A stretch of DNA of 64,000 bases from Bugula neritina (lineage: Eukaryota > Animalia > Bryozoa). The stretch spans positions 32,549,504-32,613,503 of the forward strand of contig OZ037765.1 in the NCBI GenBank assembly GCA_964035545.1, written 5' to 3'. The notes beneath the pieces are model-generated. The model was not told where the DNA came from, ran no database searches, and worked only from the letters and a program-made list of their open reading frames with translations. The position numbers and the translations under genes were made by a program. Every line of letters starts with the position of its first letter. The first letter of the stretch is position 1. Of the stretch, positions 35,101-45,900 are shown piece after piece.

Positions 35101-38100
35101 TACTTTTTGTTTTGAATTAATTTTATCTTTTACATTAATAGGCGAGTCTTTGTCCGAGAGCGAAGTTGCAACGATACACGAGTTTGTTGACCATCTTGTG
35201 AAAGTTGGGAATACTCGAAATGAATTACGTGTTTCAGGTATGTAGCTTGATACTAAGTGAGCAATAGTAATTGTGTCATTCACAACTAAGAGTACGAAAC
35301 AGATAATACAAATTATTTCTAACTGCAATATCTTATAAAGTCCTTTCTGATAATCATAAATCGTCTGTTAAATTTATAATGATATTTTCTCAGATCTAAA
35401 ATGTCTCTGTTTTGTGTTAATGCACTTTCATGTAAACTGTTATTTTGTAAATGTTGATTTAGAACTAGATTTTATTCTTGTTTAGATGAGGCTTTGGCAG
35501 AAGCAGAAACTGAGAAGTTGGGCAATCAACTAAAATCGGAAAGAGAACAAAACACTCCATCCGGTAGTTCCTAAGTATTTGTAGGCGTCTTCTAGCAGTA
35601 TTTTTTATATTTTTAGCACTTGCTGAAATATAGGCCTACAAAAATATATTATTATAATGTAAAGCTAAACTAAATTCTTTCTAATTTTTTTATTCTTAGG
35701 TTTCTATTACTATGCTGCTACTGCTGCTGCTACTATTACCACTACCACTAATCCTTAGAAATGTAGTGTATAGCTTGCGTGTGTGCCAATTTGCTTCAGT
35801 CGGAAAGTACTTCGACTTGTTTATTTAGGAAGCAGTCATATAAAACTAATTCAAGTGAAATCAAAATCGAAGCAAGTGTTAACAAGTTTTTGATTAGCAA
35901 AACTGTATCAAATATCTAAAATTAAATTGAATAAAATTTTGAAATTACTATAAAATAAAGCTTGAAAAACTTTTATAGGATTTGTGCAATATTTTTGAAA
36001 AGTGTTCATATTGAAACTTTTTGATCTAGTAAAGGAAAACACAGATGGCCTAAATACATACAAAATATGTAATTATGTCATTTGAATGCATGAATCAAGG
36101 TAATTAATATCTGCATAACAATATTGTTTAACAAATTTAAAAATAACATAGCTAAATGAAATTACCATTATATCTCTCAGAATTGTAATGTAATAGTAAA
36201 CTGCCAAAATGGCTCTTTTGGCTCTCGTACACTGAAGGCTCAGTTGAGTGATGTACTGGCCCAAGAAATCTTATTACTTCACGTGACTGTTAATGTGCCG
36301 GTATGATGTAAACATGTAAACAAAGTAGCATGGCTGTGCCATCTACAAGGAGTAGGATTTAGTTTGCTTGAGATTGTATCTGGACCTGTCAAAATTTGTA
36401 TTTTGGTTGTCAAACAATAAATGCTCAGAGCTAGAAAGAAGTTCATCTATTTCTGTGTATTTGTAGGATCTTCTTCAGTTATCGATGATGAGTTGAGTGA
36501 TCTTTCAGATGATGAGTTCATGGAGCAGAGTGATACCTTACATAGACAGAGTGTAAGGCCAACCTCAAACCCCAGAATTCAGAGCCTGTTTTATGATACT
36601 GAAAAGGTATAAAGAAAAATATTTTGAGAGTTCATAACAATTCTTAAAAAACTTTTACACCTTAACAATCATCAGTGGACAATTCAATTTCGATAAGTGG
36701 ATTTTTTGCATCATGAAAGCAACCTGCTCAGATCATAGTTCTGCTATCACTTTTTGGCTCATGTTCAATCTTCAATAATTACTTTCTTTATCAACTAATT
36801 TACTTCAGTCATGTTATGTTTTAATAAATAGGAATATTTATTGTCGCAGACTGAATGATAATTGCAATGTGAAACCTGTTACATCATAAGTTGTAAGTAT
36901 AGTTGCAAGTTGTAAGTAGCAAGTTGCAAGACGCAAGTGTGGAGATAAGTGAACAAATGCTAGGTTTTTATACCAGTTTAAAAGGTTAGCTATTGTGTAG
37001 TAACCATATTGAGTGTGTAGAAAGCATAATAATATAGCTGGCATAGCTGTGGTGATACATGAAAAGCTATACCTAATGAATTAGGGAAAAGCTCTCCCAG
37101 CTTATGTAAAGTCCCAACCAGTCATTTAAGTAAAAGCTATGATGTAATCCTACTACATAGGTTCTCATCAATATGATTTCAATTAATTTCAGTGAAGCTA
37201 TAAAAGGGTGCTTATCTGGGTTGAATGAACTCTACCTCGGTGCTTCAATTTCTATTATTTATATTTGAATGAAACCTTTGTCTTTCATTTATTCATCATA
37301 GCTGCAAGCGATTTATCAAAAACAGTTCTGGTGAATTGCGAAGTTATCATTTCCAATTTGTACAGAAAGCTGAAATTATCCTGAAAGAATCTTCGTTTTT
37401 CAACTCCGTTTGTCAAATAGTCTGCCTATATGAGCTTAACACTGCATAACCTACTAGATAAAAATGGCACAGGTAGCAATGGCACAAATGGCAAAGCAAG
37501 TAAAAATGGCACATTTTCAATATTAGGGTTTGGAGTAATGGTTGTGGGTTTCAAATGGGGGGTTTAGGTTTGGGGAAAATTCACCATCAGTGTGTCATTT
37601 TAACTACTTTTCCATTTGCGTCATTATTACCTGTGCCATTTTATGCTGTCGGGCCAACCCCAACAAGACAGCTTGATAATGAGGTTGCTGAGAGTTCACT
37701 CCATCGGTGCTGTAAAGGTTCAAACCAGCTTGTTAGTTTCTTCTGCTACTCAGTGGATTGTGCTTGTCGTAAGCAGCCTGTTTGTTTACCAATCTCCGGG
37801 CTTTTATTCACTCAACAGCAGCTATGATCTTTTATTTCCCTAATTGTCGGCAATCAATTCAATTTTAATTTGCATAAGATATTATGGTTACTATTGATGT
37901 TCTTCAATTGATAGATATTAGCTGGAAAGTTTATGCAGCATAGCCAATAATAATTTGTATTGGCAATTTAGCCATTGACACAAATTTTCACTGAGTATGC
38001 ATTAGTAAGAAAACTTTCAAGTACATTTTTTTCAATGTGTCTAAAATAAGATTTCTTCATCTTTCTTTTCTGTGCAGGTGTTCAAGATGTCTCCCATAAG

Positions 38101-40195
38101 AGGTAGAGCCTTGATAATCAATAACGCATCTTTTTCTGATCAGCATCGTGGTCCCGAGCTAGATGTTATTAATATAACAGACATGCTCAAACAGTTCAAG
38201 TTCCAAGTTTCAATGTTTGACGACATCACAGCTGAGGTGAAATTAACTCTTGTGAAAGTTTTTTTTAAAATGGCAACTTGTTAGATTTTATTCACTCAAT
38301 GTCTTATTTTTCCAAGGCCTATTCAATCCCATTAATGCAAATGGAAAGCTGCTACTGTAAATTATTTTCTAGTGCTACAGATTTTTTGCAGTAATAGAGC
38401 TACTTTTAGCTACTTATTATTGTTTAAATCAAAGTGACTTTAAAGTGCAATAATTGTACCTTACAAATATGTTGTGCTCTAAGCTGCACGGATAATGAAT
38501 GCTCTAGGTCACTTATACTCGTTCAAAACATCCAACTCATTTAAGAAATAATGGCATGGTTCGTTGTGTTAACAGTTACATGTATATAATCTTTAACATA
38601 AAATCCAATTGTCCCAGGTTTAAAGATCAAGTAAAAATCTTCCTTATCAGAACTAAATATTGTAGCAAAGCTTTAATGAACCTTATTCTTTTATTTAAAA
38701 ACATCCACCAATGAGGAATGTTTTGTTGTTTTGAAATAATAGCCAGGTTTTGTATCTTCCCAATACCAAGGTTTCTCTGATTATTTTCAACAGGATATTC
38801 TCCGTGTGATCAGGAATGAGGTTGAGGATGACCGCCATGAATACTATGGCACATTCTGGCTATGTATTATGGCTCACGGGTCTGGTGATGATTTTGTCTG
38901 TGGTTCTGATGGTGCTCTTGTTAGTCTAAAAAGTGTCTATGCTTTACTTTCACCATTCAACTTTCCTGGTATGGCTGGGAAACCAAAGGTGGTAGTTATT
39001 GAGACATATAAAGGAGGTAAGTGGTTGGAGAACTCATGATAGCACGTATACTGCTCTCACATTTTGTGCACATCTAATTTTACTGTATCCTGCGTCATAT
39101 TTGGGTTTTATAGTTGGTGCCCCAGGCAATATTTCATCTCACATGGGACACACCCTTGTAAATTTTCACATATTATATTGTATGGGAGGGAGGGTCTATT
39201 ATTTTCTTTCTATTGACATTTCTTGTCCCATTTTAATTTTTATTTTTGGAATCCAAATTCCTTCATCAGCGCTACATAGGAACTCTACAATTCCTGCCTT
39301 TGAATTTGTTTAACTTTATTTACACATGTTCTCCTTTTAAGTGGAACCAGTAAACAAGTCTAGTGGCCTACATTTTTTTAATCTGCATGTAATTTAATTC
39401 CTATCAAATGTCAGGCCCAGAAAACTACTAAACATTTAGTGTCAATTAACAGGGAAGTACAAGTTAAGGCATAAGTGTTGAAAGCTTTTTTTTAAATTTG
39501 GATACAAAAGGTTCTTTGCATACATAGTTTGATAATCTATTTGCATATATAATTTTGAAATATTTAGAGTTTCCAGATTCAGAAGAGAAATCTGTTGAGC
39601 CATCAGCGGTCAAAGTCCCTTCCAGCGAAACTCCATCTTTCCCTCCAATCACACAGTTGGAATGTGATGATTTGCTGATAATCACATGCAAGTCACATAG
39701 ACATGATATTGTTTACTTTCTAATTATCATCATATAATTTTTCCTAACAATATTTTGTAACAGAAATATATTTCTTGTTCATAAAACTATGATTGCAGCT
39801 TTTTGTAATGGCAGCTTTAGTGTTAATGGAACTGTTTTACTTTATAATTTTCTGGTCACCTACCATTGTTTCAACTCTAGACTTTTGCCACATATTTATG
39901 TTGTAGCTGGTCTATCAAATAGAGATTTCAATCATAGCTCCACGCTAATCAACTGCCTAGTTCGAACTATGTACAGGCATGCTTGTCACAGAGATATGCA
40001 TGAAATCTTCAAGATTGTAAGTATAGGTGGTAGCGGTCTCCCAAGGCTGAAAATAATTGTGTAAATGTGTTTATACTGTGGTAATCGAACATCTCAGATT
40101 GACCAAATCTACTCAATTTTTGTATGCTTTCTTACACAAAACTCCCGGATTGTGATCAACTGCTACTACTACTACTGCTACTACTACTGCTACTG

Positions 40196-40227
<32 letters not shown>

Positions 40228-41557
40228 GCTACTATTGCTACTACTACTACTATTGCTACTACTACTACTGCTACTGCTACTACTACTACTACTACTACTG
40301 CTACTATTGCTGCTACTACTACTACTGCTACTGCTACTACTACTGCTACTACTACTGCTACTACTACTACTACTACTACTACTGCCACTACTAATACTAC
40401 TACCACTGCTGCCAGTACCACTACTGCCAGTACTATTACTGGCTATTAAAGGCATATTTCAATTCCAGATATAAGCAAGTACCTACAAGTTTGCCACGGC
40501 ATTACTGTGACAAACTGACATTGCTAAATTGTTGCATTCTAGTATACTTTATTACTCACTTTGTTGCTTTTTACTGTACAATAAATGGAGTTATATAGAA
40601 AGTTTTAATAAAAATTGGAATATTATAAACTTACAGTACTTATATGTGGCAGTTGACATAGTTATTAAAGTGCAAGAGACTCGGCAAATACTGGCAACAC
40701 CCTAGGGAAATGGGGAAATATTATCTGGTGTCTTATCTGGCAGCAATTTGTTAAATTGTTGCAGGCAGTTTTTATTTTCACAATTTGTTGGTTTGAGTCA
40801 TTTGTTAGTATTTCAGAGTAGCTTTAATATTACGGCTAAAAGCAACACCACTTTGTTTCATAAAATTACAGTGGGGTAGGCTAGCAAAGTTTAGCTCAAT
40901 GAGTAATATTATTTTTTCAGAGTGCTTTCTGCTACTTAGATTTTGGCAAATATCAACTTCAAAGCAGAAAAGCAGTTAAATGGTTATTTAGCCCTGCTCA
41001 CGCAAAACAACCAAGTATAATAGATTTCATTTTAGGTAGAACACTTGCAAAAAGACAAAATAAAAGTATTTACATGTATATTTGGTCTCTGTCCTTTCTT
41101 CTGAGCATTGTTTAGAACTGGGTGGGGTTGATAAATTTTGTATTACAAGCAACATAATTGAATTAATACATAATGGCACAGCTATAAATGTACCAGTCCA
41201 AGCATGACTTAGTAATAATTATCAAATAATGCCTACAGATATTTACTATACTATACTCTTAGTTTGTCACAAATAAGGTCTATAATGGCTGACCTCTACT
41301 GTACAGTCTAGTACTAGTACCAGTAGCTGCACCTAATTGGGAAAACAAATCATGTTGGCTAACAATTTACTTAATTTCCTGATGAATTTTAGGTGGAGCA
41401 CCGGGTGAGAGAATATTGGATTAAAACCCGAAAAATCGGACAGTCAACATTGATTATAGACACGCTGACAAGTTTTAGGAAGCTTTACCTGTTTCCTGGA
41501 TATGATGGCTCCCGCAAGCATGGACTTGGGTATACTTCTCGTAGACGAGGCTCATAA
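14150..41557 (+). CDS. Gene B: LRR-Roc-COR-pseudocaspase fusion protein (~1453 aa)
   Basis: Exon model: 14150-14180, 14484-14712, 16043-16186, 17105-17248, 19084-19227, 19668-19811, 24363-24506, 27568-27711, 28558-28701, 33042-35044, 35142-35237, 35486-35563, 36467-36606, 38078-38236, 38794-39016, 39568-39687 (GC donor), 39907-40016, 41393-41557 (TAA). All junctions are phase-compatible and give one open frame with LRR, Roc G1/G3/G4, COR and caspase p20/p10 motifs. Confidence 0.8.
14484..14712 (+). CDS. Gene B N-terminal exon (LRR cap region)
   Basis: Part of ORF 14462..14716. Acceptor ttattccAG at 14483, donor GTAAGG phase 2. KYKVWFR aligns with gene A KIKAFYIR. Confidence 0.7.
16043..16186 (+). 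CDS. Gene B LRR cassette exon 1 (two LRRs, 48 aa)
   Basis: AG..GT, 144 nt, phase 2-2: ISSLRNLEVLNISGNNLSEGLPDDVFTSLLSLRELNMWNCRLETLPN. Confidence 0.9.
16325..17045. mobile_element. Degenerate MITE in LRR intron
   Basis: ctacagtaggaactgaactgtgaa (~16328) vs ttcacagttcagtttcaaccatag (~17019); internal tttactagc repeats. Confidence 0.45.
17105..17248 (+). CDS. Gene B LRR cassette exon 2
   Basis: 144 nt, phase 2-2: ILQLKNLEVLNLSWNNLSEDLPDNIFTSLLPLRKLNMEYCKLQTLPS (not in the ORF track on the + strand). Confidence 0.9.
17665..18545. mobile_element. Degenerate inverted-repeat element in LRR intron
   Basis: atgcatatcatttgaaa (~17667) vs tttccaatgatatgcat (~18524); ccagatagaagcttt..ttagacgcta vs tagcatctaa..aagtttctatctgag. 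Confidence 0.45.
19084..19227 (+). CDS. Gene B LRR cassette exon 3
   Basis: 144 nt, phase 2-2: ISLLKNLEVLDISGNNLTEGLPDNIFTSLLSLRDLDIGYCELPTLPN. Confidence 0.9.
19668..19811 (+). CDS. Gene B LRR cassette exon 4
   Basis: 144 nt, phase 2-2: ISSLKNLEVLNISWNKLSKGLPDNIFTSLLSLRELYMSYCKLPTLPN. Confidence 0.9.
19881..23595 (+). mobile_element. ISL2EU (PIF/Harbinger-related) non-autonomous foldback transposon with ~1.05-kb inverted arms
   Basis: Arms 19881-20925 and 22542-23595 are near-perfect reverse complements; AT target-site duplication; THAP-tail-like NGQPTKQNPTSIFHLGY (~20960) and transposase remnant LMKLRQG...IIDCTEISICKP (22299-22541). Confidence 0.85.
22299..22541 (+). pseudogene. Truncated ISL2EU/Harbinger DDE transposase fragment
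   Basis: HTH_Tnp_4-like LMKLRQGL..ILASLF.IS and first catalytic motif IIDCTEI, cut off at the right inverted arm. Confidence 0.8.
23596..23900 (+). repeat. Intronic direct repeat copy 1 (copy 2 at ~27742-28040)
   Basis: About 300 bp nearly identical downstream of LRR exon 4 (once the transposon is removed) and LRR exon 6. Confidence 0.9.
24363..24506 (+). CDS. Gene B LRR cassette exon 5
   Basis: 144 nt, phase 2-2: ICSLKNLEVLNISGNNLSEGLPENIFTSLLSLRELNMSVCRLETLPN. Confidence 0.9.
24538..26756 (-). mobile_element. Decayed Tc1/mariner transposon
   Basis: TA|CAGTGCTGTGAAAAAG left end, degenerate ...ttcacatcactg|TA right end. Minus-strand HTH (LHKKGYSIRKISEKVGKAKTTLHQIIKKF..TGSV, 25730-25906), QDDNAPCH (~25170) and SPDLNPIEN (~25075), with frameshifts and stops. 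Confidence 0.8.
27568..27711 (+). CDS. Gene B LRR cassette exon 6
   Basis: 144 nt, phase 2-2: ISSLKNVEVLNISENNLSEGLPDNIFTSLLSLRELNMEDCKLSALPY. Confidence 0.9.
28043..28262 (+). pseudogene. Two relic LRR exon fragments (3' end with donor at ~28043-28070; 5' end with acceptor at ~28226-28262)
   Basis: gctggaaacacag|gtgtgct resembles the exon 5 3' end; tatag|c atg tct tct ctg aag aat atc gag ata tta (MSSLKNIEIL) resembles the exon 5' end and then runs into a stop. Confidence 0.6.
28302..28534 (-). mobile_element. tRNA-derived SINE with 17-bp TSD
   Basis: Minus strand gggagcagccgtggtcaaggggttaa (A box) ... gttcgagtcc twice (B box); flanked by tatacttgtatcctata at 28285-28301 and 28535-28551. 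Confidence 0.8.
28558..28701 (+). CDS. Gene B LRR cassette exon 7
   Basis: 144 nt, phase 2-2: ISSLKNVEVLNISENNLSEGLPDNIFSSFQLLRELNVGNCELLTLPN. Confidence 0.9.
29387..30820. mobile_element. Non-autonomous DNA transposon with degenerate long TIRs
   Basis: gtactagctgatttctttatggctgattttgcaatcggcaaaaa (~29415) vs ttttcgccgattgcaaaatcggccatagagaaatcggctagtac (~30737); ttatttttctgcttgcgttttattggcagatgg is also inverted near 30682. Confidence 0.65.
30822..31866. mobile_element. PIF/Harbinger-type MITE
   Basis: 14-bp TIR tagcttattcacac / gtgtgaataagcta, flanked by TTA on both sides. Confidence 0.7.
33042..35044 (+). CDS. Gene B large exon: terminal LRRs, Roc GTPase, COR
   Basis: ORF 33112..35088. 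G1 GNTMAGKTS, G3 DMGG, G4 THTD; COR motifs PLVWEEV, YMHNCGKVLWY, FVVP; CAHC tail. Confidence 0.93.
36838..37117. repeat. Dispersed repeat; inverted copy at ~63037-63278
   Basis: Shared aatatagctggcatagc..gtgatac.tgaaaagcta..tagggaaaagct.tcccagcttatgtaaagtc. Confidence 0.75.
37459..37644. mobile_element. Small foldback element
   Basis: aaaatggcacaggta ... tacctgtgccatttt inverted ends with a G/T-rich core. Confidence 0.55.
38078..41557 (+). CDS. Caspase (peptidase C14A) p20/p10 domain exons of gene B, catalytically altered
   Basis: VFKMSPIRGRALIINN..F; CIMAHG (His codon 38875-38877); GSDG; GKPKVVVIETYKG (Tyr 39007-39009 at the Cys position); DDLLII; STLINCL; GQ....DTL..FRKLYLFPG. Confidence 0.88.
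40161..40440. repeat. (TAC/TGC)n microsatellite
   Basis: Visible run in the last intron of gene B; source of the poly-L/Y/S/V ORFs. Confidence 0.95.
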
Positions 41558-42927
41558 TGCATTCATTATATAGATGCTAAGACAATGATGCCTTGAAATT
41601 TCTCAAGGTTAATTTCATTCCTGTTTGGGTACACTTTTACCTTCTGGCAAGCTACTGGGCCTTATACTAACAGCACTAGTATATTTTCTAAAATAATTTT
41701 ATTGCGTAATTTTACCATTTATCTGAGTATATCAACCACATATATATTGATTTGATGCACAGGCTTTCTTCAGTCTATTTTAGAGTTATTTGAGGATATT
41801 GCAATGAATTTTTGCTGCTAAACTACATAGTTTAGAGGTTTTTAATATATTTTATTGGTCATTCATGGACGTCATTTCAAATATGACATATCTTTCACAA
41901 TTATAAGTTTTTATTTACATTTTAATTTTTAAAATGAGTGAGCTATCCAATTAATCCACAAATGCTAGCCTATATTTCTAATATCTATTTGATCATTACA
42001 ATGTAATTTGCTTATTCAAATGCTTAACATAGCCATAGAAATGCAAGATTCGGGTTAAAAATGAGAGTTATTAGCCCTAAAAGTTCATTCCTACAATCAT
42101 TTTAGTGCCTGTAACATAAAATATCCATATATGTATATTATATTGGAGTGTTTACTTGATTGATATATAGAAAAAATATAATAAATTAGCTTGCCACCGT
42201 CAACATCAAAGCATTTCCATAATTGCATGTTCTTCAAATGTATTGTTTACCAGTTTTCAATGCAAGAAACAGGACACCAGTATGATGGCAAATGCTGCAG
42301 CCTGCAGCAAGTGCATCTGTTAATAGAACATCAGCTGTATATAAATTTTGTTTAGGCTGCTTGGGAACTCAAGCCAAAATTTCCATTCAGCAGATATTTT
42401 TCATTAATATACTCCCTCGTAAATAATAGATCTTAAAGACATTTATTGCAACTCCATTTTGATCAATTTTGTAATTGAAAATTAGAAAAAAATACAATAG
42501 GTTATTAAATATAAGAACTTTTGGGCAATAGGGCACAAAACCCTGTGATAATGACAGAATTCATACTGTTGTCAGTTATAAAACATACAAAAGCTAAGCA
42601 TAATGTGGTATAATAGACTAGGAGAAAGAAGTTGACGATTTCTTTTAAAAATTGAATAGCATTTGGTAACAACAAAACGAAAAGCATTCTCAACTTGCTT
42701 CACAGTAAACGGATAATTTATAATAAATTACAGCAAAACTGTCATAAGATTTTGCTTTAGTGGAATGATTTAATGACTGCCTATAAAAATTACAATAACT
42801 TGTTCAGAATTTTGGATATGCAGTGCTTTTAGAAAAAGATATTATATAAAATTTATAATACATGATGGTATTATAGTGAAATAAGAATATGGGGATTGTG
42901 AAAAAATATTGACGGCACATTTGTGAG

Positions 42928-45900
42928 CTACACATTAGTGTCGGTGGATGTGTTGGAACGGAGACGAGATTGACGATTGTTCCAAACTTTATAAATAAAT
43001 ATAGTCAACAGGAAGAGCACCGAAGAGGCTAAGTACATCCCAGGAAACAGGATAATCAGTGCATCTGCAATAGTATAAATATAACAGTCATGTAAAAAAG
43101 TTATCTCCTCTCCATAAAATACAGCAAAGCACAGGTGTCCACATAGAACAAATGAAATTATTTGTTTTAAAGCTACATGATCTATTTTTAGAAAGAGATA
43201 AAAAAGTGATTTAGAAAAGAACAATTAACTAATTTATTACAATATTCAACAATATTAAAACTTATCAAATTAGTCCGAGTCAATAAATCATAATCAGAAT
43301 AATTATGTATAGTATAAATTATATTATCTAGATCCATACCATACCATAATTTATAAGTCAAACAAATTTATAGCAGAGAAATGATTTAAAATGAAACTTA
43401 TATTTATTGTAGACACTTGAATAAATTTATAAAATACATTACTACTCATCTAACATACAACATTTGAGCATAATTTATTGATGGAATGAATTTTAAAATT
43501 TTTATAATTTATTTAGTAAAATATTTCAAGTTTATTGCAGATAAAATAAAAACTATATATTCAATTTTATAGTAATAATATGTATCTATTTTATTACTGG
43601 ATCAAACAGCATTAGAGTTTTTTCATAAAATTTTATCATTACTTTTATATAGAATTTATGACATATTTAAGAGTTGTCCCCTTCACAGAGGGTCCCTCTA
43701 TATATGATATATTGAGTACAGTAGCTGCTGTGTTACTATAAATGAGATGCTAATGTGAGATAACAAGTTAGAAGAGTTACTCACTCCTGAGCGCTACATC
43801 GGCTCCCACATTGGCAAAGAGAGTCTTTAATGGAGGAAGTAGAAGAGGAATGTTACCTCCAATATTTGTGATTATGAAGAGGTAGTAGCCTACTGAAGCT
43901 CCTCTCAGTTTCTCTGGAACCAACTCCAGTACACAGGTTAAACACACCCCTATCCACATCTCACCTGTCAATCACATGTATAGTGTATACGCGATGCAAT
44001 TCGATATTTCGAAGCTTAAATATCAACAAGTTTTTTAAACATAGCAGAGAAGGCAACTGCTAGTTTAGGGCTATTTTTCAAAAAAATAGAGACCGTAAGA
44101 CTCCAACCTTTTTGATAGATTAAGTATGTTATATGATAAATCAAGCAAAGGGAAACACTTTGATGATAGGATTTGAACTTTTACAGCACCAATATTGACT
44201 AGGCAGTAATACAGTAACCACAGGGTACACTTCGTATACTGCGCAGCTGCTTGTGTGGAAGAAATATCAGGTGTGAGTTCAATTTGAATTTTCTCAAAAC
44301 AAAGATTTAAAAAACTTCTATCCCATCGCCCACCACATCCCAATACATGAACATGACAACAAGGGCTAGGAAATCACTCTATAAAAACATCATACATTCT
44401 GGGAATTTAGTCAAATAGTTTTTAAATAGATATTAAAAAAAAGAATGTCAAAACTTTGGATTTTTTAAAATTGATTTTATCCTTATTTTTTAAATATCAT
44501 TCCAGTGCAAAAACAGTTTAAATTTCTTTACCTTTCCCAAAAATTGACTCGAAGGCACAGCAAAGCAAATAATAATTATGGGTGGCTGCATAATATTATG
44601 GAGTCATCAATTCAGAACACTACATAGTGTGTACTATATCACAGTACGGTACAGTGGGTACTAATGTGACCAAAAGTAATGATTGTGATATGAGATCCCT
44701 CCTTCTATTGTATATTGCTTAGTGATGATACAAATTCTCAACATTCGGTAACTGTCTGCGAGGGAGGAGAGCCATGAGTTACTCACCTATGATATTAGAT
44801 GGCAGCAGCATGATGTAACAAGCCGGGGCAGGAAGCAACAGAGCCATCAAGGCGAATGGAGCAGCACAGACCTGCAACAGGAAGTTAAAGAATTGTATAC
44901 TGGTGGTAAGAGAACTCAGTAATGTGAGTTATTTTTAGCATCAATACCTTCTAGTCAGCCAGCTTTCATTGTGTGTTGAATATAAAACTATTTTGAATTA
45001 TTGATTTGAAAATGAAGATAGTAAATCCTAGGACCTAGATGATAAAGTTAAAACATTTATAGTGCTTCAGCAAATACACTTAACAAGCAATAGTAGAGCA
45101 AAGACCCTAAAAATACTTATTTACTATAAATTCAGAAAACCAGTGTCACAAATTCTGAGTGTACATATACCTATAAATAGACTTACCGGGTTTTTCCTAA
45201 TGATTATACACGAATGTTCATAAATATTCTAGACTGATCAAAGAGATGGGTCATTGTTCATTGTTATTGTTTTCATTAGTCATGTTAACTACTGCCCAGC
45301 AATGTAAACAAGGTGTTGCGCAATAATTGCGAAATAACCATGGAAATTCCAATGTTTTGTTTTGTTTTGATTTTCTATAAATAGTATTGGCATGTGGGGA
45401 ATGTTTCCTACTAGAATCTTCTATACTGGAATGCTTGAGAATGTTCTAGAGTTTTTTGTTTACTATAAATACTGAGGCAGTTGTGTTTACAAATCAGTTC
45501 ATTCTTGGAGTTCATTTTTATTAATTCATCTGTGCATATCTTACTAAAGGAATAAAGTCTACTTATATCCACAACTCTATTTACTCACAACTGGATTAGC
45601 AAGCTGTATGCTACTTGTCTCTACACTTCTGACTACCAGACTTTTCGAACTCGTCACACTGCTACCAACAGTTTTGTGACAATTGGGGGCTGCTCCGGGA
45701 AGTCTCAGTCGCACACAGGGAAGTTATTAGTTACAACGTGAGTATACACAGGATTAATTAACAGTTGTTGAGACATTATGGCGTTGTTGGAGAGAGTGAC
45801 ACAGATGGGTAAAGATCTTGGACTGGTGAATGACAAGCTCGTAGCTTTTGTTGAAAAGAACCTACCCATTGTCGCTGCACAAGAAGAAAAAGAAAAGGAC

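Noticed and set aside
40065-40474. Poly-Y/L/S/V ORFs
   Set aside because: (TAC)n microsatellite in an intron.
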